Shown here piece after piece: positions 51,787-64,000 of a stretch of 64,000 nt of DNA. Source of the stretch: Eledone cirrhosa. Its lineage: Eukaryota. The stretch covers positions 1,860,001 to 1,924,000 of the forward strand of contig OZ024741.1 of NCBI GenBank assembly GCA_964016885.1. Direction: 5' to 3'. Made by a program: the position numbers and the translations under genes. A model generated the notes under the pieces. The model saw only the letters and a program-made list of their open reading frames with translations, was not told the DNA's origin and did no database searches. Within the stretch, counting starts at the first letter, position 1. Every line of letters begins with the position of its first letter.

Positions 51787-52312
51787 AACGGAATAAATTA
51801 CCTTTTTATGATGTCTACCTGTTATTATTCATTCTTTATATATATATATTATGTGTTAGTTTAACACCAATACGTCATTTTATTGAGGGTCTTGAAAGTA
51901 GACTTTCTCACAGTGGCTGGCCAGTTCATCTTAATTGAAAATCACCAGTGGCAAAGAAACGTGTTGGCTACCCACCCTCAACACACAGTGAGAGAGAAAG
52001 GGAGACGGAAAGGGATAGAGAGAGAAATAAAGAAAGGGAGTGAGAGAGAAAGAGACAGAGACAGATACACACACACATATACACACACATACACACACAT
52101 ATACGCATATAAACACGTAGACACACACAACTACATATATAATCGATATAGATGACTTCTGTCATAATCATATCAATAATAATGACTCCTGTCCTTATGT
52201 TTCTCGACTGAATAAACTCCACCAGAATAACAAACAATATTAGAATCTGTGATTAAAGACACACATACATATACACACATATATACATATACACACATAT
52301 ATACATATATAC

Positions 52313-52341
<29 letters not shown>

Positions 52342-52343
<2 letters not shown>

Positions 52344-52814
52344 TACGATATTAAACAAATGGAAACTATATTTATAAAACCATATTTATTTCATTATACA
52401 TATTTCAGGGATACCATATTAAAAATATGGCATGCCTTCTTCAGATAAAATACAATATATAAGCAGTTTTATAAATAAATTTGACGTACCATAAAATATT
52501 GAAACTTCCATTTAAAAAAGTTGGTTTGGTAGTTTTTTAAATGGAAGTTTCAATTTTTTTAAATGGAAGTTTCAATATTTTATGGTACGTCAAATTTATT
52601 TATAAAACTGCTTATATATTGTATTTTATCTGAAGAAGGCATGCCATATTTTTAATATGGTATCCCTGAAATATGTATAATGAAATAAATATGGTTTTAT
52701 AAATATAGTTTCCATTTGTTTAATATCGTATATCTACTCCAAAACTTGTTGAGTGCTTTATATCAGTTATAAAATATTTACTCGTTGTAACCCAACAATT
52801 TTAAATAAAACTTT

Positions 52815-52818
<4 letters not shown>
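52342..52818. mobile_element. Fold-back HHR element, family A-related
   Basis: Arms 52342-52519 and 52556-52733 look identical by eye; flanked by (TA)n. Confidence 0.85.
52622..52687 (+). ncRNA. Hammerhead ribozyme (mirror copy at 52388-52452, minus)
   Basis: tattttat-CTGAAGA-aggcat-gccatatt..aatatggt-atccct-GAAA-tatgt-ATA-atgaaata. Confidence 0.75.
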
Positions 52819-52860
<42 letters not shown>

Positions 52861-53101
52861 AATGGAAAAACAATATTTGGGTACTTCGTTGAAAAATATT
52901 CCAATTGCACCTAAAGAAAACAGCTGGTGATATTCATGTAAGTAAATATTCTCTCTCTCTGATAGTTTGTAAACTTACATAGATCAATAACTGAATATAG
53001 ATACAATGTATTATCACCATCTAGAAACGATCGTAAAGCAGTGAAGTATATCTCTAATGACTTGATTTTTTATTTCATTGTTTTAACTTATATATATATA
53101 T

Positions 53102-53193
53102 ATATTGTTATACTTTGGGAGGGTCATGTTGCCAATAAGAAACACACGTGTGTTTCTTATTGGCAACATGACCCTCCCAAAGTATAACAATAT
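53102..53193. repeat. Perfect loop-less palindrome of ~92 bp
   Basis: Centred on cacgtg (53145-53150); the arm sequence also occurs at 10345-10391. Confidence 0.92.
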
Positions 53194-53247
53194 CGGTTTC
53201 AACACACGGTTTCAGATAAAGAATCTTGCTAAACAAATTCAGAAACG

Positions 53248-53292
<45 letters not shown>

Positions 53293-53296
53293 CATA

Positions 53297-54167
53297 CACT
53301 CCCCCCTATATATATATATACAAATTTTAGTACAGCATCAACGAAGCTTTTGGCAGCAGTCAAGCTAACGAATGCAGATTCGGTGTGCAGCTAAGCACTC
53401 CAATGGAGAATATTACCCCAGAGTTATAACATTACGTTTAGATAGCTTTGCAAAACAAATACAGCGACCGATAGTCGGGCCGCATTGCCATAGCGACGAA
53501 AAAAACTCAACTCAGGAAAAACCTTTGACTGACCTTGACCGTCACGTAAACATCAAATGCAACACATAACGTATAGCATACAATATACATCACATATAAC
53601 ATACAACATCTCCGCTAGGTTTCTGTAAATCCGAGATCGACAAATTCCACTTGCAGGGGTCTGCAAGTTAATGGCTTTTGGCGACAGAACAAAGGAGTTT
53701 ACTTCGTCAACAAGTTTTTCGTTCTATTCCTCAACGGGTGTATTTTCTAGCAGTAAACTTCGCTAGAAACACGTGGTTTTCCTAAAGGGAGGTAACCCCG
53801 TTTTGGCGGTCAATTCGAAATTTGGGACAAAGGAATAAAATTCCTTTAGACAAACCGAATTAAGCACTCAACTAGAAGTTATCAAACAAACATAAACAAT
53901 TAATCAATGAATAGAATTGTCTAATTAAATTAATCAGTTAATCGTTAATTCTAGGAGTTAATAATACAGATTTTAGTACAACATCAACGAAGCTTTTGGC
54001 AGCAGTCAAGCTAACGAATGCAGATTCGGTGTGCAGCTAAGCACTCAATGGAGAATATTACCCCAGAGTTATTACAGCTTTGCAAATCAAATACAGCGAC
54101 CGATAGTCGGGCCGCATTGCCATAGCGACGAAAAAAACTGAACACAGGAAAAATTTAGGGGGGAGTG
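53297..54167. mobile_element. Non-autonomous TIR element with an internal ~190-bp direct repeat
   Basis: cactccccccta ... taggggggagtg termini flanked by TA; 53324-53521 is repeated at 53970-54153. Confidence 0.65.
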
Positions 54168-54181
54168 TATGTATGTATATG

Positions 54182-54286
<105 letters not shown>

Positions 54287-54506
54287 TTGTATGAGTTCGT
54301 GTGTGTGTATATTTGTATGTACAGGGATATTTTTTTTCTTTATTTTACGGCAAGCTATCAAACATCTTCCTTCGTTTGTCTTCTCCCCGCCGCAACCATC
54401 TTTCGACGTCATAACTGTAATTCGTGGCAATTCCGAGCCAGTTTTATAAAGGAAAAGTCGACAACGTACCTAATACAAAGACAGCTTTCTGGGACTGAAT
54501 GATTAC

Positions 54507-54572
54507 CATCTTCTACTCTTCCTTCTGCAATTAATGCTCTGCCTTTGAGAAGGAACATTGGAAAGTAATATT
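54507..54572 (-). CDS. Candidate 66-bp internal host exon, TPR-like peptide
   Basis: ttttacAG|...|GTaatc, symmetric phase 1; encodes (E)YYFPMFLLKGRALIAEGRVED(G); lies in non-repetitive sequence. Confidence 0.3.
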
Positions 54573-55912
54573 CTGTAAAATTACAACGGAAATCTTTTAA
54601 TTGTGACTCTGCTCTTGCATGGCGTCTAGTTCTAAGTAACGTTGGTACTAACACATTATTATTTACAATATAGACGTCTATAAATCCATATAAAATATGT
54701 TTGCATATTATAAACATGTATCTAATCTCCATTCGAGTATTTAAGCCGTGAATCACACAGTAGCTAATTAAACAACCAGTACTGGTGCGGCCGATGGATT
54801 TGTGTCTTTGTATATCGTTCAGAGCTTGCTTACCTAATCCCGTTGAAAAATGGAAGACAATGTCTTCTTATAGATTTTTATAAACAAACTATTTTCTAGT
54901 TAAGACTTATGTACATTTAGTGCAAGTTTGACCGGCTAAACTGGTAACTGAAGCAGCTGAATCATGATCGCAGCTTAAATATTCACAGCGAGTCTAAATG
55001 CATATTTCTATAGGTAAACACATTAGATATAGTTTCATATATAACCATTAAGCATATAATCATCATGTATAATTTCATATATAACCAGATATAAGTCATT
55101 GCGTAAAGATATTGAAATTTATCCGCTGCAACATAAATGTAATGTTATTATAGATAAGAACTTTGTGTCAGGTTTTATATACGTCTTTATTCTTATTATA
55201 TTTAGCTGTGATGTAAAGATTTTGAAGTGGATCCGGCGCACACTACAAGAGATGCTAAAGCTGTGACATAAAGCCAAACTAAATATATGTTTATTATACG
55301 GGTTCAATTATTTTAGTAATTTGTGCTTAAATTTTTATGGAAATATTTAATTTCCAAATAATGTAATATTGGATCTCACAGAAGAACCTTTTAGTTTCAG
55401 GAATAGTAGAAATAACACCAAGTCTTCGAGAAAGAAACAGGTTTTGCCCGCGAAATTAACATCTCGGTTTAAGCAGACTTAAGATATGGATTATTTTAAA
55501 AGATGTTTGGCTAATACAAGATGTAAGATATTTACTGAAATAGTAGGAATTAACAAATGATACAGGCGGCGATACTTCATGGAGAATTAGGAATTTACAA
55601 ATCCTATTTCAGTTTATCTACAAGACTGGAAAAGTCATAATTTCCCCCTTTTTTTCCTTCCCGCCAAATACGGTGTTTGTTTAACAATGAATGTCCGATG
55701 CAGTGGACCATGCTTGCTTGATATTGATTCCAAATGAAGATAGAGGTTTTCCTATGGAATAAGGGAAATGATTTTGTGAGACTCGGGATATTTTTAAGAG
55801 TAAATCAATGGAAATGGACTGAAAATATCTGCTAATAAAGATGAAAGGAACAAGACGGATTATTCATGAGTGTCAATAATATGTAGCCATTATTATAGGA
55901 AGCTTATAGAGA

Positions 55913-56090
55913 GGTGGCGGGGCAGTAATCGGTAGATCGCTGGACCGAGTACTTTGCCGTATAGAGTTACGGCCCATTACCTTCTGTGTTCAAATCCCGA
56001 CGAGGTTAACTTTGCCTTTCAACCTTACGTGGTCGATAAAATATAGTACCAGTAATACACGGAGGTCAATTTAATCGACTTTCCCCTTCT
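55913..56090 (+). mobile_element. tRNA-derived SINE
   Basis: Homologous to 33309-33496. Confidence 0.85.
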
Positions 56091-56092
56091 TT

Positions 56093-56316
56093 GTGGTGGT
56101 TGTTAGTGGTGGTGGCGGTGGTGGTGGTGGTGGTAGTGCTGGCAGTGGTGGTGGCGGTGGTGGTGTTAGTAGTGGTAGTGGTGGTGGTGGTGGTGGTGGT
56201 GGTAGTAGTGGTGGTGGTGGTGGTGGTGGTGGTGGTGGTGGTGGTGGTGGTGGTGGGGTGGTGGTGGTAGAGGTGGTGGTGGTAGTGGTGATAGGGTGGT
56301 GGTGGTGGTGGTGGTG
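56093..56316. repeat. (GGT)n repeat
   Basis: Direct reading. Confidence 0.95.
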
Positions 56317-57269
56317 GATGTACTTATACATATGTGTAGATATATATACATGTGTGTATGTATGTGTGTATGTGTGTTTGTGTCTTTGGAAGTGTGTCTG
56401 TCCTTGTACCTATCAATAAGGACAGGCGTGTATGTGTGCGTGTGTGTGTCTATGTATATGTCTGTGCGTGTTTGTGCAGATGTACGCGAACGCGGATATG
56501 TGTCCTTGTATGCGTGTACGTGTATGTGTGCGTTTGTGCGCGTGTGCGTGCGTGTTAAACCGGATGTATGGGGGTATATAGGCAGGTGCCAGTGGACGTG
56601 TGTGTTGGTGTGTATATGATTGTGGGTGTGTGTGGGTGGGTTTAAGAGAGGGAGTGTGTATATGTATATGGGTGTGTATGTCTACACATGTGTGCGTACA
56701 TATGTGTATGCTTATATATGTATGTGTATTTATATGTGTGTGTGTGTATGTGTGGGTATATATTTGTGAGTGCGAGCGGACTTGTGAGATACCAAACCCA
56801 GCATGAGTCCATTGAAGTGTGTTGGACGGAGAGTAGCTGATGACCAGTGTGGCAGCAAATATTGACCAGAATTTATGATGACGTAGCAAAAACAACAGCC
56901 AATGGCAAGGCAAGAGTGGAAGATGTTTTTTTAAGGTGTTTTTTTAAGCTAACACTCCAGTGAGAAAATTTGCTCCGAAAGCATTGCATGTGTCCGAAGA
57001 ACCCGCAGTTATAGAATCAGGCAGATCCATACAATGATCGTGTCTCGAGCTAGCTGCCGGCGAAACATTTGTAACACACAATAAACTGAGTCCAGATGCA
57101 TCACTGATTTTTCGTTGTTTTATATTATATATATATATATATATAAAAAAACATGAGAAGAAAGAAGAATACTGCGTGGTTTGCACATAGGTTACATATG
57201 ATATATATATGCATATATATCTATATATATATATATAGACAGATATATATATGTAATTAGAAACATGTA

Positions 57270-59080
<1,811 letters not shown>

Positions 59081-59171
59081 GTCGTGGCTGCTACATAGGC
59101 AACAATATATGCTATTGATCCAGTCTAATGCTTAAGGTATAATGTCTGAAAAGGAAAGTACAAATTGTAGT

Positions 59172-59569
59172 AGTGGTGGTGGTGGTGGTGGTGGTGGTGG
59201 TGGTGGTGGTGGTGGTGGTGGTGGTGGTGGTGGTGGTGGTGGTGGTGGTGGTGGTGGTGGTGGTGGTGGTGATGGTGGTGGTGGTGGTGGTGGTGGCGGT
59301 GGCGGTGGTGGTGATGGTGGTGGTGGTGGTGGTGGTGGTGGTGGTGGTGGTGGTGGTGGCGGTGGTGGTGGTGGTGGTGGTGGTGGTGGCGGTGGAGGTG
59401 ATGGTGGTGGTGGTGGTGGTGGTGGTGGCGGTGGCGGTGGCGGTGGTGGTGGTGGTGATGGTGGAGGTGATGGTGGTGGTGGCGGTGGTAGTGATGGTGG
59501 TGGTGGTGATGGTGGTGGTAGTGGTGGTGGTGGTGGCGGTGGTGGTGGTGGTGGTGATGGTGGTGGTGT
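59172..59569. repeat. (GGT)n repeat
   Basis: Direct reading. Confidence 0.95.
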
Positions 59570-59977
59570 TGGAGGTAAGCAGGATGTGAAGTGAAGTTTT
59601 AGCAAAGAAATATAGGTGTGGAAGAAAGAGGGAGTGGTGGGAGTGGGATGGGAAAGAATGATAGAGCTAAGAGAAAAATGATAGACGTAGAAGAAGGGGA
59701 GGAGGCATAAGATAGAGTAAGAGATCAAAAGGAGTTAGTTGGTTAGAGAGATAGAGATAGAGAGAGGGGTCAGAGAGAGAAGGGGAGAGGGAGAGGGGGG
59801 GTCCACGTAGAAACAGAAGGAAAGAATGATAGATATATAAGAATGAGGGATGAGTGATGGAATATATATAAACTTTAATCTGTTATTTTAATAAATATTT
59901 GCTCAGGGTTCTCATATATCTGATATGTATTTATCCTTAACGAGCCCTCTTTGGATTTTAGTCTTCACATTTATTAT

Positions 59978-60029
<52 letters not shown>

Positions 60030-60423
60030 CAGAGAGACGACAGAATGTGGATAAGGAAAGTGAAAGTTGTGAAGCAATGGCTGCTGGGACGGCTGAGAAG
60101 TAGTACATGGCTGCTCACAGTGCAACACAGTGCAACACAGTGCATGACAGTGCAAACTAATGTACTACAGTGCAACGAAGTGCATTCTTCTTCTTCTTCT
60201 TCTTCTTCTTCTCTTCTTCCCCCCCCCCCCTCCCCGCTATCCCCCTCACCCCCTCCCTCTCTCTCAATCTCTTTCTCTTCCCCTGAAATGTGATTTACTC
60301 TGGAAAGTAGAAATTATTTTCAACCACAATTGTGCCGCTCCACCATGACCACCACCGAGTAACACAACAACTGTAGTAGTTGTGACATCAACAGTAACGA
60401 TAGCAGAAGTACGTCTACGTCCA

Positions 60424-60510
60424 CCACTACAACAGTAACTACCACTACTACTACTACCACCACCACTACAACAGTAACCACTACTACTACTGCTACTAAT
60501 ACTACTACCA

Positions 60511-60565
<55 letters not shown>

Positions 60566-60575
60566 TACAACAGAA

Positions 60576-60628
<53 letters not shown>

Positions 60629-60638
60629 TACAACAGTA

Positions 60639-60707
<69 letters not shown>
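60424..60707. repeat. (CTA)n repeat with recurring caccactacaacag interruptions
   Basis: Direct reading. Confidence 0.95.
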
Positions 60708-60708
<1 letters not shown>

Positions 60709-61110
60709 ACAACAACAACGTCTTGACTGGAGAAAATCAAGTAGACTGAATCTTGGCTTATTTTAACAATTTAATGTTGAAGAGAAAGAAATGAAAAGAA
60801 AGAAAGGAGAAATGGTGAGATAGATGAATATATAGAGAGAAAATAGGGCGTGAGAGGGAGACGGAGATAGGGAGGGGTGAGAAAGGGGGAGAAAGAGGGG
60901 GAAGGGGTGAGAAAATGAGAGATGGGGAGAGGGGGTGAGAAAGACGAGAGAGGGGAGATATAGGAGAGAAGAGGGAGAAAGACAGTGGGGTGGGAGAAAG
61001 ACGAGAGAGAGAGCAAAAGAGAGAGAGAGAGAGAGCGAGAGAGAGAGGAGGTGAGAAAGAGAGAGAGGGGGAGAAAGGGAGAGAGGGAATGTATTGGAAC
61101 ATTTAAGTAA

Positions 61111-61352
61111 CAGAGACTCAGATTTGCTGGCCACTGTTGGCGCAGCAAGGAAGAAATAGCAGGTGATGTGTTGTTATGGAGTCCATCTCATGGAGCAAGA
61201 AACGCTGGTCGTCCCAAGAAGACATACGTCAAGCAGCTTGAAGACGATACTGGATGCACTGCGGAAGAACTGGCAAACGCTATGAGAAACAGAGATGGAT
61301 GGAGGAAACGTGTCGTAGAAAGCCGAGCAAGCTCGATCCGATGATGATGATA
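61111..61352 (+). mobile_element. RTE-clade LINE 3' end
   Basis: RLRFAGHCWRSKEEIAGDVLLW...GRPKKTYV...NRDGWR, then a (TGA)n tail. Confidence 0.8.
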
Positions 61353-61898
61353 AGTAACTCATGTGTAGGTATCAGGGTGGCTTTTTAACAAGACAAAAAC
61401 ACGACGTCGGGGTTTAGAGGTCGGTTGAAATGTGTAAAAATTTAAGATGGTTTTTCGATGTCTTCATATTCCAAGATCAACTTTGTTTTTCATCTTTCCT
61501 GTGTCAACAAAAATACTTATGGGGATTTAATCGATTGTTACACTCCACCTGAAAACCCTGGCCTTGTGCCTCTCAGGGGTTTGAGATGTTCTGTTTTTTG
61601 TTGGGGTGAAAGGTGACATTCACTCAAGTCACTCGATATAGTCCCCACCCCACCACTCCACAGATTTCAGTGAAACAATTCTGGATATTATTTAGTTGCA
61701 GTGTAACTATGACTATGAAATAAACATAACAGTTGTGTCCCTGTTTTGTTTGAAATGTTAAAATCACTTTTCCACTATATAATGTGTTCATCCTTTCTTA
61801 ACCCAATTTAAATACTTCTGTAAATATTCCACTCATTCATTTATTGTTGTACTCTCGCCACTATATCGGATCCTTAGTAGCAATATTGTTATTGTCAG

Positions 61899-62095
61899 GG
61901 TGGTGGATTGGCAGAATCGGTAGAGCGTCGGACAATATGCTTTATGGCATAGAGTTACGCCCCTTTAAATTCTGAGTTCAAATCCCTACTAGCTTAGCTT
62001 TGCCTTTCATCCTTACGAGGTCGATTAAATTGACTTGCCCCTTCCCTCAAAATTGTTGGCCATGTCCCTAAATCAGTAACAATTATTATTATTAT
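61899..62095 (+). mobile_element. tRNA-derived SINE
   Basis: Homologous to 33309-33496. Confidence 0.85.
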
Positions 62096-62106
62096 TTGGG
62101 TGAATA

Positions 62107-62320
62107 TGGCGGTGGATTGGCAGTATCGGTAGAGTCGGACACCATGCTTTGCAGCATAGAGTTACGGTCCTTTTACAGTCTGAGATCAAATCCCGCTGAG
62201 GTTAACTTTGCCTTTCATCCTTACGAGGTCGATAAAATAAAGTACCAGTCACGTACTGGGGTCGATTTAATCGACTTTCCCCTCCCCCAAATTACTGGCC
62301 GTGTGCTAGAAACCATTATT
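62107..62320 (+). mobile_element. tRNA-derived SINE
   Basis: Homologous to 33309-33496. Confidence 0.85.
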
Positions 62321-62344
62321 ATGCTATAAACCATTATTATTTTG

Positions 62345-62660
62345 GTGAATGTTGCAATAATCGCTCGTTTGAATGGGCCTACTCTGAGCATGCGCCTGTA
62401 GGCTGGCTGATTTCGAGAGTAGAGGATCCCCGTCCTATGGTGCTCTTCGAGCGTCGGGTGGTTTAGGATTTATGATATTCCTAAGTCACCCCTGGGTGGT
62501 CCTCGCCCCTGTTGGGGAAGTTTCATTGTTGTAATTCTTTTGTTATTTGTTAATTCTTTTTCTATTTGATTTGAATGTAGCCCCCCCACTGTCACTGTCC
62601 CTTTTTGTCCCCTTTTTGTTGGTCCCTCTGGCAAATAAAAAGAAATAATAATTATTATTA
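62345..62660 (+). mobile_element. Probable L1/Tx1 3' end
   Basis: Short coding tail NGPTLSMRL*, pyrimidine-rich UTR, AATAAA, then (TAA/TTA)n tail. Confidence 0.5.
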
Positions 62661-62677
62661 ACATTGTTCATGTTAGG

Positions 62678-62923
62678 TTGGTGGACTGGCAAAATCGTTA
62701 GAGCGTCGGAGAAAATGTCTGGCGGTATTTAGTTATGTTTCTTTATGTTCTGTTTTAAAACCTCGACTTGGTGAACTTTGGCTTTCATTCTTCTAGGGTC
62801 GATAGAATAAAGTAACAGTCAAGTACTGGGTGTCAATTTGATCAATCACCCCCCACCCCCCATCCCCACCCCACACACAAAAAAAAATGTTGCTAGCCTT
62901 ATTATGAATTAGAAGCAATTATT
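62678..62923 (+). mobile_element. tRNA-derived SINE, diverged
   Basis: tggcaaaatcgttagagcgtcgg head and aactttggctttcattc...gggtcgata body. Confidence 0.75.
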
Positions 62924-63336
62924 GTTGTAGTTTGCAGTTAAGATTTGTTCCGGGTGTCGGGTCGGGGAATACTATGGATAATTTCCAGAAATCCTTGGCC
63001 GGGCAGTGCTACTGGGGAGCCCTGCCAGTTGGGGATAAGCTTTACAAGCAGGTAATGGCAGCCAGACTGACGTGTCCAAGATTTACACAGTCACATGAAA
63101 CCGTCCTACATGTACTTATTTAGTGTACAGACAGCACTGACACGTGGAGTTATGTTGAACAGCTGCTGAAAAGTACTGAAGTCGATGTAGTCAACTAAAT
63201 AAAGCAGGTACCAAACATGTCCGCAGTCTAAGTGACTGGAACCAGTAAAAGAATAGAAGAAGAATCTCCGGTATATTTATATATCAGAGCATAATTTATT
63301 TCATTACGACTGATTTGTCCATTTTAAATTTACTAT

Positions 63337-63496
63337 GGCGGCGAATTGGCAGAGTCGTTAGAACGTGCGGTAGAATGCTTTGCAGTATTCATTTTGGCTC
63401 TTTGCTCTCTGAATTCAAATCCCGCCGATGTCAACTTTGCCTTTAATCTTTTCGAGGTGGATAAAAAAAAGTACCAGTCTAGTATTGGGGTCGATT
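63337..63496 (+). mobile_element. tRNA-derived SINE, 3'-truncated
   Basis: ggcggcgaattggcagagtcgttag head, ttcaaatccc box, central domain. Confidence 0.8.
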
Positions 63497-63877
63497 CCTC
63501 CTTTATATCTCTTTCTCACTTCATTTCTCTCATTTTATTTACTTCTCTGGAAGAAGTCTGCGGTGATCAGGCCTTGAGAGGATTGGGCTCCGCCAGGTTT
63601 AAACATGCCCAAGAAATTCCCCCAAAATCCACCAGGCGTTAAGAGACCACGCCATGCCACACTTATCATGTTAATGTTTGAAATTTATTTTTACAAAAAT
63701 CTCAAAATTTCAAATTGAAATATAATGAATTATCATTACATCAATCACATTTATATTAATTCAACATGGCGGGTTTAAACCTGACTTATAAATGAATTCA
63801 ACTACTATGAAAGGTAACATTTCTTGCATGATTATTGTCTTAGGTATATAATCCCGACGTAGATTTCATCTTCACAA

Positions 63878-64000
63878 TATATTAATCTAACTTTAGGTAG
63901 GTCAAACAGCCATACATCTGTTCTGTAATATAATCTATATTAATCTAACTTTAGGTAGGTCCAACAGCCATACATCTGTTCTGTAATATAATCTATATTA
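63878..64000. repeat. 58-bp tandem repeat running off the window end
   Basis: attaatctaactttaggtagg starts at 63881 and 63939; a third unit begins at 63997. Confidence 0.9.

Noticed and set aside
56790-57100. Possible exon or zinc-knuckle ORF1 remnant on the minus strand (YNCGFFGH)
   Set aside because: Interrupted by stops, key cysteines missing, no clear splice sites.

Overview
Eukaryotic, AT-rich, microsatellite-saturated DNA, most likely from a cephalopod such as octopus (inferred from the SINE type and the repeat landscape). It is almost entirely nested mobile DNA: a Chapaev3-type transposon, an internally deleted Helitron, several Penelope-like elements (PLEs) with inverted pseudo-LTRs, a head-to-tail stack of (TAA)n-targeting R4/Dong LINEs inside a PLE poly-Asn linker, L1/Tx1, CR1-like and RTE fragments, tRNA-derived SINEs and satellites. 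At most one short host exon candidate was seen. The most striking signal is non-coding: more than 20 intact or decayed type I hammerhead ribozyme (HHR) motifs (CTGANGA...GAAA-stem III-NTH). They lie in PLE pseudo-LTRs and in short ORF-less elements between (TA)n runs, often as fold-back pairs. One family occurs as a tandem unit with cleavage sites 533 nt apart (50238-50953) and as a circularly permuted copy (25501-26030), as expected of a retrozyme-like circular RNA mobilised by PLE enzymes. Several HHRs have long stem II extensions. All alignments and folds were done by eye, so boundaries may be off by a few bases.
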